Below are positions 18,179-28,600 of a stretch of 52,208 nt of DNA, in pieces; position 1 is the stretch's first letter, and each line of letters opens with the position of its first letter. The DNA comes from an uncultured Treponema sp. (GTDB lineage: Bacteria > Bacillota_I > Bacilli_A > Acholeplasmatales > Anaeroplasmataceae). The stretch spans positions 1 to 52,208 of the forward strand of contig CAVGYR010000001.1 in assembly GCA_963633325.1 (NCBI GenBank). The letters run 5' to 3'. The notes beneath the pieces were generated by a model. The model ran no database searches, had not been told where the DNA came from, and saw only the letters and a list, made by a program, of their open reading frames with translations. Made by a program: the position numbers and the translations under genes.

Positions 18179-18741
18179 TTGGTAGTCATAATACATTAAG
18201 TTATCTTCCTCCTGTAAATTTATGGGGGAAGATAACTAAACTTTGGGGTAAATGTCAAGATAAAAACATAGAAGAACAATATAATTCTAATGTTAGATAT
18301 TTTGATATTAGAGTTAATTATATAAATGGTGTTTGGCATATAGTTCATAATAGAATTGATTATGGACAATTAACTAATCATCAAGATATACTTAAATATA
18401 TTGGTAATAAACAAATTCCTATTAGACTTATATATGATAAACGTACTAAACCTAAATCATATAGATCATATGGCGTTGGTTATTTTCTTGAATTAATAAC
18501 TGAATTAAGAAATAAATATAATATATTTATAGATTCTGCTATAACATATTGGAATTGGAATGAATATATTTTTACATCTAAATATTCAATTATAGAATAT
18601 CATGCAAGTGTAAGTTCTAAATGGTATCAATATATTTTTGGCACTAAATTGTTTGCTAAAAAATATAATAAACAATATATAGAAAATAATAAATCTCTTG
18701 TAGAATCTAATTTGAAAGTATTATTAATAGATTATATATAA
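18175..18741 (+). CDS. PLC-like phosphodiesterase (PI-PLC X-domain-like), tentative
   Basis: N-terminal GSHNTLSY ... CQDKNIEEQYNSNVRYFDIRV ... WHIVHN follows the PI-PLC X-domain pattern (catalytic His in G-x-H-[DN]-[ST], then Q..QL..G[IV]R[YF][FL]D[IL]R, then a second His). Confidence 0.45.
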   Translation: MIGSHNTLSYLPPVNLWGKITKLWGKCQDKNIEEQYNSNVRYFDIRVNYINGVWHIVHNRIDYGQLTNHQDILKYIGNKQIPIRLIYDKRTKPKSYRSYGVGYFLELITELRNKYNIFIDSAITYWNWNEYIFTSKYSIIEYHASVSSKWYQYIFGTKLFAKKYNKQYIENNKSLVESNLKVLLIDYI

Positions 18742-18745
18742 AAAT

Positions 18746-18949
18746 ATGAATCAATCTACAAAATGTTTTTTTGGTAATCATACTTTTGAAATAAAAGATG
18801 AATTACATGTTTTAGATAAAGATAATGAAACCGATATTGGTATAAATTATGTATCTAGATGTAAATGTTGTGGTAAAATAAAATCAACATTTGTAACAAC
18901 GAATGAAAAATATTTGGAATGTAATTCAAGATTAATTCCAAGTAAGTAA
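18746..18949 (+). CDS. small zinc-ribbon-like protein
   Basis: 67-aa ORF with a Cys at residue 7 followed four residues later by a His (CFFGNH), and a CKCCGK cluster later in the sequence. Confidence 0.45.
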   Translation: MNQSTKCFFGNHTFEIKDELHVLDKDNETDIGINYVSRCKCCGKIKSTFVTTNEKYLECNSRLIPSK

Positions 18950-18973
18950 TATAATCATTTAATTAATTAAATT

Positions 18974-19732
18974 ATGAGTAAAACTATTTTTCAAATCAAT
19001 GATGAATTGATGTCTGTGTTTCAAGAGTTAGAAGATAACGGAGGAGAACTTACTCCTCAGCTTGAAGAAACTCTTAAAAATGGAGGTGAGGCAATTACCT
19101 CTAAAGTTAAATCTATGTGTAATTATATAGAGTATTTGAAATCTGATAAAGAATTAATTGATAAAGAAATTGATAGATTGAAAACATTGAAGAAATCTAA
19201 AGATAATTCTATATCAAATATAACTAAACTTGTTGTTTGGGCTGTTGAATCTTTTGGAATTGAAGATAAAAAAGGGAAACAATGGATTGATTGGTCTACA
19301 GGTAAGGTTTCTGTTCGTCCATCTAAATCTCTTGAAGTTTATCAAGATAAAATTGATGCTATAGCAGATTATGTAAATGCAACGTTGACAGGTGCAGTAT
19401 TTACAAATTGTACTAATAATATTAAATCAATAGATGTTAATTCTATGATTGATTGCTTGGAACATAATCAAGATGAAGATGGTAATTTAAATCCTATTGA
19501 AATCGAAGAATCAGATTTAAGTGCTATAAATGTAGATGTAACTATGACAGTTCCATTAACTGAAATTATGTCAGGTAAAGCTCTTAATACTACTATAAAT
19601 ATTATGGATACTACTAATATTTATAAACTTAAAGCTTATACTGATAAATATCAATTAAAAGAATCTATAGATAATGGTATAGGTACAAATTTAGGAGAAA
19701 TTAAATATAATAAATCACTTAATATAAGATAA
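18974..19732 (+). CDS. Gp157-like protein (siphovirus Gp157 family pattern), tentative
   Basis: The N-terminus INDELMSVFQELEDNGGELTPQLEETL...KVKSMCNYIEYLKSDKELIDKEIDRLKTLKKSKDN follows the characteristic Gp157-family acidic helix and coiled-coil layout. Confidence 0.45.
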   Translation: MSKTIFQINDELMSVFQELEDNGGELTPQLEETLKNGGEAITSKVKSMCNYIEYLKSDKELIDKEIDRLKTLKKSKDNSISNITKLVVWAVESFGIEDKKGKQWIDWSTGKVSVRPSKSLEVYQDKIDAIADYVNATLTGAVFTNCTNNIKSIDVNSMIDCLEHNQDEDGNLNPIEIEESDLSAINVDVTMTVPLTEIMSGKALNTTINIMDTTNIYKLKAYTDKYQLKESIDNGIGTNLGEIKYNKSLNIR

Positions 19733-19734
19733 AT

Positions 19735-19974
19735 ATGAAAAAAATAAATGTTTATAGAATTACAACTGATATCGAAGTCGATAAAACTCATGTAAGTTTT
19801 CTTGTTTCCGCTGAAGATGTTTCTGAAGTTACTCTTAATTTAAGTAATATTACTTATCAAAACGAAAAAGTACAAAATCATATAAATAAGATTGAAAAAC
19901 TAGATGAGACAATGTTGACAGATTTATGGTCATACGACAATAAAGATTTAGATGCAAATTATATAATTAATTAA
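19735..19974 (+). CDS. hypothetical protein
   Basis: 79-aa ORF, tightly packed. Confidence 0.45.
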   Translation: MKKINVYRITTDIEVDKTHVSFLVSAEDVSEVTLNLSNITYQNEKVQNHINKIEKLDETMLTDLWSYDNKDLDANYIIN

Positions 19975-19985
19975 ATAAATAAACT

Positions 19986-21035
19986 ATGAGTAAATTTAAT
20001 AAAGGGGGATTACCCTGGGCTATAGGTGCTGATGTAAGAGATTGTCTTACTGCTGAAGATGTAATCAATAAAGCAGACCTTAATTGGACTGTTGAAAAAT
20101 GTCCTTTAGTTGCTAAAATGCCATTACGTATTGGTACAGAAATATCTAAGAATGAATTTGCGTATAAAGGTTCAGTATTTCATGAATGTAAATCTGCATA
20201 CGCTACATATAGAACTGATATAAATAGACCTTTAGGCATTGTGCAAGATAGATATGAAGTTATTCAAAACAATGATGCGTTTAAGTTTTTCAATACTGTA
20301 ATTGGAGAAGGTAATGGCAATGCTAGATGGGATAAAGCTGGGTGTTTAAATCAAGGTGAAACAGTATTTGTTACTGCAAAACTTCCAGTTAAAACAGAAG
20401 TAAACGGTGACCCTATTGACAATTATCTTATATTTTCAAATGGTCATGCAGGTAATCGTTCTGTTGATATTATGATTAGTCCTGTACGAGTAGCTTGCAC
20501 TAATATGTTAAATGGAGCAATAAATAAATCATATGCTCATATACGTATAAGACATACACAATCTGCTAAAGAAAAACTTGAAATTGGTTCACAAGTCTTA
20601 AAAGTAGCTTGTAAACAAGCTATAGATGTACAAGGTATTTATAATACTCTTTATAATAAAAAGATGAATGATAAAGAAGTTATGGAATATCTTTGTAGAC
20701 AACAACTTACTCAAGAAGAAATAGAGTTTCTTTTATCATTTGATAAAGAACATGGTTTTGAGAGAGTAATAAATAGACAAGTAAGAGCTTTGGAAAGTGC
20801 TAATATTAGTACTCGTAAAGCAAATGTATTGTATAATATGTTTGATTATTATTGTGATGGTATTGCTCAACAAGACATATATGGTACTGTTTGGGGTGCA
20901 TATAATGCAGTTACTGGATTTTATTGCAATGTTGCTAATCTAGAAGGTGAGAAACGTATGAATAGTTTAGTTTGGGGTAATGCTAATAATAATATGAACA
21001 AAGCATTTAGTGAAGCAGTTGCGTATGCTAGTTGA
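19986..21035 (+). CDS. DUF932 (phage/plasmid-like protein) family member
   Basis: ADLNWTVEKCPLV...GIVQDRYEVIQNNDAFKFF...GETVFVTAKL...GDPIDNYLIFSNGHAGNRSV...PVRVACTNML follows the DUF932 / TIGR03299-type pattern as I recall it. Confidence 0.55.
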   Translation: MSKFNKGGLPWAIGADVRDCLTAEDVINKADLNWTVEKCPLVAKMPLRIGTEISKNEFAYKGSVFHECKSAYATYRTDINRPLGIVQDRYEVIQNNDAFKFFNTVIGEGNGNARWDKAGCLNQGETVFVTAKLPVKTEVNGDPIDNYLIFSNGHAGNRSVDIMISPVRVACTNMLNGAINKSYAHIRIRHTQSAKEKLEIGSQVLKVACKQAIDVQGIYNTLYNKKMNDKEVMEYLCRQQLTQEEIEFLLSFDKEHGFERVINRQVRALESANISTRKANVLYNMFDYYCDGIAQQDIYGTVWGAYNAVTGFYCNVANLEGEKRMNSLVWGNANNNMNKAFSEAVAYAS

Positions 21036-21036
21036 G

Positions 21037-21294
21037 ATGTCAAAACATACAATCGACCAACCTAAACATGATATAGGAAATGTAGTTTTATTCTTTAATC
21101 ATGTTGATGGTTGGTTTGATTATGGTGAAGTTGTACAACTTCAAGTCATAAAAACAAATACTTATCAGACTATAGCTTATGCTATAAAAGTTGGCGATAA
21201 CACTATACCTTGTGTTCCTGATAAACTTGTATTTGACGATAAAGATGATGCTAATGAATGGATAGATAGAATTAAAACAGAATTAAATCAATAG
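21037..21294 (+). CDS. hypothetical protein
   Basis: I prefer the ATG at 21037 (MSKHTIDQ), 1 nt after the upstream stop, over the ORF-track start at 21010. Confidence 0.5.
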   Translation: MSKHTIDQPKHDIGNVVLFFNHVDGWFDYGEVVQLQVIKTNTYQTIAYAIKVGDNTIPCVPDKLVFDDKDDANEWIDRIKTELNQ

Positions 21295-21295
21295 A

Positions 21296-21308
21296 CTCTT
21301 CTACGGGG
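21296..21308 (-). repeat. GC-rich dispersed motif copy 6 (exact, reverse orientation)
   Basis: Read directly. Starts 2 nt after the stop at 21294. Left arm of the hairpin. Confidence 0.85.
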
Positions 21309-21337
21309 AGGATAAAATTAAGCCGCCCCGTAGAAGA
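21297..21337 (+). promoter_or_regulatory. 12-bp GC-rich hairpin made of two inverted motif copies
   Basis: TCTTCTACGGGG (21297-21308) pairs perfectly with CCCCGTAGAAGA (21326-21337) across a 17-nt loop. It is intergenic, between the 21037..21294 gene and dut. No immediate T tract follows. Confidence 0.6.
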
Positions 21338-21338
21338 A
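21326..21338 (+). repeat. GC-rich dispersed motif copy 7 (CCCCGTAGAAGAA, 1 mismatch)
   Basis: Read directly. Right arm of the hairpin. Confidence 0.85.
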
Positions 21339-21415
21339 ACTTTGATTAAAATTTTGTAGTAATCTATTTAATGGTACATTTGCAAATAAGTAATATTAAT
21401 TTTAAACATTAAGTT

Positions 21416-21844
21416 ATGAAAGTAAAGATTAAAAAACTAGTAAAGGAAGCTGTTATTCCTAAGTATGCTCATCCTGGAGAAGATGCAGGTCTTGATTTAA
21501 CTGCAACAAGTATTTCATATAAAAATGGATGTTGGGTTTATGGAACAGGTCTAGCATTTGAAATTCCAAAAGGTTATGTTGGTCTTTTGTTTCCAAGAAG
21601 TAGTAATCGTAAAACAGAAGCTTATCTTACAAATTCTGTAGGTGTTGTAGATTCTGGTTATAGAGGAGAAGTAATGCTTTGCTACAAAAATAGAGATATG
21701 AGAATAGACGAACAACCTTATAATGTATCTGAGAAGATTGCTCAAATTGTAATTATGCCTTATCCTCAAATTGAATTAGAAGAAGTAGAAGAACTTTCAG
21801 ATTCATCTAGAGCTGATGGAGCATATGGAAGTACAGGAAAATGA
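21416..21844 (+). CDS. dut: dUTP pyrophosphatase (trimeric dUTPase)
   Basis: dUTPase motifs AGLDL, PRSS and GVVDSGYRGE, plus the C-terminal RADGAYGSTGK. Confidence 0.9.
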   Translation: MKVKIKKLVKEAVIPKYAHPGEDAGLDLTATSISYKNGCWVYGTGLAFEIPKGYVGLLFPRSSNRKTEAYLTNSVGVVDSGYRGEVMLCYKNRDMRIDEQPYNVSEKIAQIVIMPYPQIELEEVEELSDSSRADGAYGSTGK

Positions 21845-22119
21845 AAAGAATATTAGTAATTACAACAATCAATTGTATTGCTTGTAAAGTTCAAATTAAT
21901 AATTTGAATAAAGCGATAGAAGATACCAATAGTTCTAATATAAAATTAGAAATTAGGGATTTTTCTGAAATAAGTCCTAGATTTCTTACTAATTTAAATA
22001 TAGATGATTTTCCTGCTACTATATTTTATGGAAAACATAATTCTTTTGAATATGTAATTAAAGGTAGTAAAACAGTAGTAGACATAATAAATACGATGAA
22101 AGAAATACATTGGCTGTAA
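21841..22119 (+). CDS. thioredoxin/glutaredoxin-fold protein
   Basis: 92 aa with an N-terminal beta-strand followed by CxxC (ILVITTINCIACK), as in NrdH/glutaredoxin-like proteins. ATGA-coupled to dut. Confidence 0.5.
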   Translation: MKRILVITTINCIACKVQINNLNKAIEDTNSSNIKLEIRDFSEISPRFLTNLNIDDFPATIFYGKHNSFEYVIKGSKTVVDIINTMKEIHWL

Positions 22120-22136
22120 TGTATATCTTTAATTAT

Positions 22137-22169
22137 AGTCTGACGGTTAGTGATAATAGTCAGACTTTT
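22137..22169 (+). terminator. probable rho-independent terminator
   Basis: 8-bp stem AGTCTGAC/GTCAGACT with a 14-nt loop, followed by TTTTATT, 18 nt after the stop at 22119. Confidence 0.55.
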
Positions 22170-22188
22170 ATTAAATAAATCAATTGTC

Positions 22189-22395
22189 ATGAAAATAAAA
22201 ATAAGTTTTATAGCTATAATATTGATTATTATATTATCAATAATAGTAGAAGAGAATAATTCTATTAAGAATACAACTAATAAAGAACAAGATACAATTT
22301 ATCCTTGTTATATAAATGATAGTTATGCTGATAGTATAGATAACGATACAATATTAAAAACCGATATAAACGGAAACGTTTATTATACGAAATGA
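22189..22395 (+). CDS. small membrane-anchored or secreted protein
   Basis: 68 aa from the ATG at 22189 (MKIKISFIAIILIIILSIIVEE...), with an N-terminal hydrophobic helix. The ORF-track GTG start at 22150 lies inside the terminator stem. Confidence 0.45.
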   Translation: MKIKISFIAIILIIILSIIVEENNSIKNTTNKEQDTIYPCYINDSYADSIDNDTILKTDINGNVYYTK

Positions 22396-22519
22396 AATTT
22401 TGTCTATTTATGGATTTAATTCATTTTTAAGACGTTTTTATCTCATTGCTGAATAATTAATCAGTTAGAAGCAAATAATCGAATTAAATTAGTTATTTAC
22501 CATATTAGTATGTGGTTTG

Positions 22520-22558
22520 GGTGGGACTTGACTGTGAAGTTAGGTTTCACCTTTTTTT
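22520..22558 (+). terminator. probable terminator closing the + strand module
   Basis: GGTGGGA/TTTCACC stem (two G-U pairs) with an 18-nt loop, followed by TTTTTTT. Confidence 0.45.
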
Positions 22559-22607
22559 ATTTTTTATTTGATGGCGACACTAAGTAACAGATAGAGTTTA
22601 AAACAAT

Positions 22608-22646
22608 AAATGGTTAGTAATACTATTTCTAGCATACTAACCATTT
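22608..22646 (-). terminator. probable terminator hairpin for the - strand module
   Basis: Perfect 12-bp stem AAATGGTTAGTA/TACTAACCATTT with a 15-nt loop, 30 nt downstream (- sense) of the stop of the 4,680-aa ORF. On the - strand the following sequence is ATTGTTTT. Confidence 0.5.
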
Positions 22647-22675
22647 ACTATTTAATTATTTATAAGAATTGTTTC

Positions 22676-25600
22676 TTATCTAAGATCTTCAGCAATAGAT
22701 TTAACAGGAATAACACTAAGAATATGTTCTCCCATATTATAATAACTATTACTTTTGCTTAAACCTGTCATATTACTCCACTGTCGATATATTGGTATTT
22801 GTCGTTTAATTCTAACTGCAAATTTATTTTCGCCTTTATATCTACCAGTACTATAATTCCAATCAAAATCATCGTCCATAATAGATTGACTTATAACGTT
22901 AAGAGCATCATAAATATCTTTTGGACCATTGAGACCAGCTATAGGACTACTCCAAAGTGTTTTAGCTTGACTAGGTAAAAATAGAGGATTAAACATCATA
23001 GATTGTGTAGCTAAACCATCAGCTTCTCTAAGCATAAGATTTGCAAACATATTCTCTTTAAGTTCATCATCATCCCATATAATTCTAGTACCAATAGCTA
23101 TACATATTGCAGCTAAAGCTCCAAATATATCTCCTGTTGCTCTAAGAATTGCAGCTCTTTGATAACCCGGAAGAGTATTCCAATTTAATCTTAAGTTTTC
23201 AGCAAAATTTATATATGCTTTAAATAAACTTTGTGTACCTTCAAGAGCATTTAATTCTTCATCGGTCAACATTTTCTTACGGTCATTGTATTGACGAATA
23301 GGCATTGTAATAAAATCATAAAGAGCAGGTCCACAACCTATTTCATTTGCTCCTAATTCTTCATTAAAATAACCTTTCTTTCTCCAATGTTTAAGAATAC
23401 CAGGATATATATGCTTATGATATTGTGTAATTAGACTACCAAACCAATATTTTTCTAGTTGAGCAGCACCTAATCTATCATAAACACCGTGAATCTCTTT
23501 ATTTGTTGCAATAACTCTACCTTTAAATTCGCCTAAAAGAGCATAAGCATCATTAAGTTCTCCAAATGTTGAAGTTGTACTTAATTCTTGCATTTTAGAA
23601 CCATTTTTAAAACCAAGTTTACCGTCAACTAAATCTAATTGTTCCATTATAGACGGAAGTGTATCAAACTTTTCTTTAGCTTTAGTTTCTAGTTCTTTAC
23701 GTTTAGCATAAAACTCTTTCTTTTTGCTATTATTAAGATAAATGTTAGCAAATTCTGTCGCTATATCTTTTCTATTTCTAGCATAATCTTTAAGTTTATT
23801 TTCATCAGATTTTATAGATTCAATAAACTTCTCAAATTTAATTGCAAGTGGAGTTCCAGCAAGTAACTCTTTCATAGCCTGTTCATGAAGTTGTTCAGTA
23901 TATTGAAACAAATTCATAATTCTATATGGAAGCCTTCCTTTAGATTTATAATCTTCTACTTCTATAAGTTTACAATCATATAACATAGCGAACATCATAC
24001 CGTTTTGCATCATATGTTCACCCATAGCATTAGGAGAATACATAAAATCTCTAAGACGTTCTATAGCGTTATGACTATCAAAATTACCTTTTGGTCTACC
24101 TGTAACTTCATCAAAATCTACAACATTCATTGCTTTAATTATAGCATCTGCCAGTGTTGTGCTTGTTTCAGAGTATAATCCTCTAATAAAACTAAGAGAA
24201 TTTTTATACCACATTGATTTGCCTTTTTCCCAATTTGCATTACCTACAAATTGTTTAGCAATATGTTCTCCAAATATAGCACTTCTACCAACAGTTATAT
24301 TTTCTATACCTCCAATGATATTTAACATCATAAATTTAGCACTAGTAAGAGATTGTACAATATTCATACCTTTAGTTATTTTTGCATTAGGCATTTTATA
24401 ACTATCGAATAGTAATCTACTTCCCCAATTACTTAATTGCTTATATAATCGTTCATCGATTTCTTTATGATATGCTGTAACATCTTTAGTACTTTTAGAT
24501 GTATCTTTACGAAGTCCTTTATAACCAAGATTACTTTCTAGTACTTCTTGAGTTCCAACCATATCTTGAAGATAATAGAATAAATATTTATTATCTTGAA
24601 CTGCATTGAAATGCCCAGCAAGAGAAATAAATGTAGCTATATTTTCAACAAAGTTTCTATTAAGATTTTCAACATGAATTTGTTCATTTATTTTTTCTGC
24701 TTCTTCAAGTCTCTTTTTATGTTCTTCAAAAGCTTTATTAAATTCTTCATCGGTAGAATAATCCTCTTTACGGGGAGTATTTCTTTTTATTTCTTCTACA
24801 TCAATAGAAGCTTTAGTTTTAAGTTGCTTTATTAACATAGGCATAGCTGGAGTAAAATCAGTAGTATAATTCATATGGTCTAATAAATCTTTATTTCCAA
24901 TTTTATTTCCATAATCACTCCAACCAAAAAATTCTCCTACCTGTTTAACAAACCATTTAAGATCTTGTTGAGCAAGAGCTTGAGCATTAGGCAGATAACC
25001 TTCATCTATGTATCGTTTACTTCTTTGATCATGTACTAATTTATTTAAAGTAGTTTTTACATATTCAAGTGTTTCTTTTTCTGCATCATTAAGTTCTGTT
25101 TTATTTGTATAAGTATCATCTACTGCATCGGTTTTATAATTACTTAAATTGCTAGAACCTGTTCCTTTATATGCGCTATTTTCATACTCTTTTTTTGGAG
25201 TTTTAACTTGTTGAGCATAATTAGGTTTCCATTTCCCATTAGCATAATCAGGAACTACACTTGTTTTTTGCCATATACCTGTAGGTTCATATGAATGTTT
25301 ATATGGATTCCATATATGATTTCTTTCGTACCATTCTTTAAAATAATCTTCTCCTTTACTTCTAGCTTCTTTCATAGCTTTTACATAATATGGAGTTCGA
25401 GTTTGTTCAAGATACTCATTAATTATTCGTAATGCTCTATTTTTATCACGCATTTCTTGTTCTAATTCTTTTCTTTTTGTTTTACTTTTTATTAAACCAA
25501 AGAATTTATCTTCATCTAAAACAAGATTACCATATAAAAATCTATTAGGATGACGTTTAGTTAAATCATATAACATATTACCATCACTATCTTTTACTAC

Positions 25601-28600
25601 AAATCCTTCACTATCAAGTAATGGTTCATACTCCATATTAACTTCTTCCCAAAGTCTAAGATATTCTCCACCTATATTTTTAGCAAGAGCATAATCTGCA
25701 TCAAACTTTTCTTTATTATATGCACGGTCATCATGAATCATAAAGTTTTTAATAAATGAAGCAACAGATTTTCCTTTACCAGGCATACCTTCAGGAACTA
25801 TAGTCTTTTTAGTTTCTCTAAGTTTATCATAAAGTTTAGCTAGTTTGCGTAAATCATCTTCACTAATTCTATCGCTCTCAGTTACCATATTTACTTTCTT
25901 TTGAATAGTATCATAATATGGTCTTAGAATGTTATTTATTTCTTCTACTAACTTTAGATATTCTGTATTTGGAATAGCATTATTAGTAGTGAGCATATTG
26001 TATACAATTCTAGGATAAACTTTTCTATTTTCAGGAGCATTACTTATAAGATATTGTTCATTTCCAGCAGCATACATAGTATTTTTATATCTACCTTGTT
26101 CATCTTCTTGAATTGACTTTTGTTCTTCTTCAGTAAATATATCTCCTATAATTCTACCTTCTTCATCATATACTTTTACTCCATCTGCAAGTTTCTTCTG
26201 AATCAATAATGATTTACGTGTAACTATTCTACTATTCTGCTTAGGTTTTCCATTAGCTAAAATATTATATGCCCAAGATATAGCATCTGATACTTTTTTA
26301 TCTACTTTCCAAATAGCATTAGAAGCTAACCACGCTTTTGCTCTTTGATACTTTTCATCATTATTTAATACAGTATCTGAAACAGTTTTATAACCTGAAT
26401 CGTCTCGTTGTTCTGCATCGTTTATTATATCTAACATTCTATCCAAAGTTTCTTCAAATTCATCTTTGGCTTTTATATCAATGTATTCTGCATTAATTTC
26501 ATTTAATTTATTAATATAACTACGTAACGCATTTGCACAATGACGACTATTTAAAATTGCAGATATAAATTTTTCTTTATCTTCAATTTTTTCTGAACCA
26601 TCAGGATAATATTTTATTCCAGGCATTGGATTTTCTGGCGAATAAGTTTGTTTTAGTTCAAAAGTATCAAAATCATAATCACTTTTTAATGAATTGATTT
26701 TTTTAGATATTTCTTTATATTCTTTAGCTAATTCGTCATCAAGTTTTCCATTATCTCTACGTTTATTTATATCATTAAGTTTTTCTCTAAGTTTTATATA
26801 TTCAGCTAATATGTATTTATATGAAGCATGATTCATCATTTCATCATCTAATTCATATAATTTTTTATAATATTCATCTACAATAGGTCTATTTATATAG
26901 TTAAGTTTAAATAAATCATATTTGTGCTTTGCTTCTAAATAACCTAATGGGTCTGAATCTATATTTTTTCTAGCTATTTCTACATTTGTTTTTAATTCTT
27001 TTAAATCATTTTCAAATTTATCATTATATGGTCTAATCAATTTACCATATTTATCTACTAATTTATTCCAATCTACAGTTCCTTTTTTAGCAATGCTTTG
27101 AATATGCTTAACAAAATCATCAGCATTTTTCTTAGCCATCATTTCTTTACCTCTAATATCTGACATAATATGTTTCGTTATAATTTGAACCATACTATTG
27201 CCTGAATCTTGAAGATCACCTATCCAAGCATCTGCCCAACTAGTAGCATGATAACCGTTTAAAACATCAACAAGTCCATTTTGTATCTTTGGGTCATCTG
27301 ACCATTTAGCTACAACTTCTCTAGCAAATTTGGCATTAAGTTCACTTACATTTATATTATCATTTAAATTTTTAAGACTATCTTTTATAGATTTAATATA
27401 ATCTTTAACTTCGACAGGAGTATCAGAATCTTCGATAACATCATAAATCGCACTATATTTCTGTTGTATTGCTTTAACGTCAAGAAGTAGTTTATTAAAT
27501 CTTCTTTGTTGAACTGGATCTAATTTAATTATATCAATAGCTTTTGGATCAAATATACTAATCCAATGACCATCTTCTCCTTTAATAAATTGATTAGCTG
27601 TGTCTATTAATTGATTAACTTTAGCTTTAGTATATCTTGCTATAGAATCATATGTGTCATTTTGATATTTGCTAAAATCTTCTTTTAATTCAGTAAAACC
27701 TAATTCTTTAAGATGATTAATTTCTCTATACGCTAAAACATCACCTTCCTTACTTCTTCTACTAATATCTTTATAAGTATCAAATTCATATTCTGTTGTA
27801 GAAGAGTTTAAAACTTCAGCTTTAGAATTAGAATTTGTATTCTTATTTTTAGAAGATGTATCTTTAGGTTCGTAAGGAATAGCCTCTATTGAAGTAGAAG
27901 TCCATCCGGTACGTTTTCCATTAAATTCTGTATGCAATTTATGGAAACGGTATTGTTTAGTTATTTCTTGTGTAACTTCGTTACCATTAATATCTGTTGT
28001 TTTTACAACAGTTGTAATAGTTTGTGGAGCACTTAAATGGTATCCTAATTTATCTGCAAGATAAATATTGTTAAATTGAATATTATGATTATTACCTTGC
28101 ATAATAGCATTAGTTATTTTTTCAATAACTTTATTAGCACCATATATACCTTTCTTTGCATCTTCTTGAATATTAAATTGATTAACCTTTTTAGCTTTAG
28201 CGATATGAACATCTGAACGATAATATTGTTTCATATTATCATTATCCTCATCTGTTATTGTAGGTGTAATGTTAAATTTATCATCAATTATAGCTTTATA
28301 ATAAACTGGTGATGGGAATTTAAGTTCATCGTTTGTTGGATTTATACTAAATAAACTATGTTCATTTGAATCAAGTTTATTTAACGGATAAGCAAATAAT
28401 TTATTTCCACGTCTTTCAGTTTTAAATAAAGCAGAATATGATTTTTTACCTATTTTAAAATTGAAAACTACATATGGGGTATCATGTTCAGTATTGATAT
28501 CAAATAATCCATATTTTTTAGCTAATTTAGTATCATTTTTTTGTTTTGCAAGAAGATTCTTTTCTTCTTCCTGTTTAGCCGCATCTTCTTTATTTTCTTC

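Noticed and set aside
139-21769. Short - strand ORFs of 61-108 aa inside + strand genes. Examples are 139..336, 192..425, 1066..1257, 1500..1709, 3321..3509, 3520..3747, 5769..6002, 5959..6144, 6495..6770, 7501..7713, 8550..8756, 9185..9511, 10256..10531 and 21551..21769.
   Set aside because: All are antisense to longer ORFs with recognisable motifs or consistent gene packing. Their products are Ile/Phe/Leu/Ser-rich low-complexity strings, as expected from reading AT-rich coding DNA backwards.
10261-23178. Weak look-alikes of the GC-rich motif: CCCAGTAGAAAGC at 10261-10273, AATTTATGGGGG at 18217-18228, ACCCGGAAGAGTAT at 23165-23178 and GTAGAAGAG without the C run at about 22245
   Set aside because: Each lacks part of the CCCCGTA core or has an indel in it. 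I excluded them from the family. If they were counted, the strict orientation alternation would be broken, so that claim depends on the inclusion threshold and needs a formal PWM scan.
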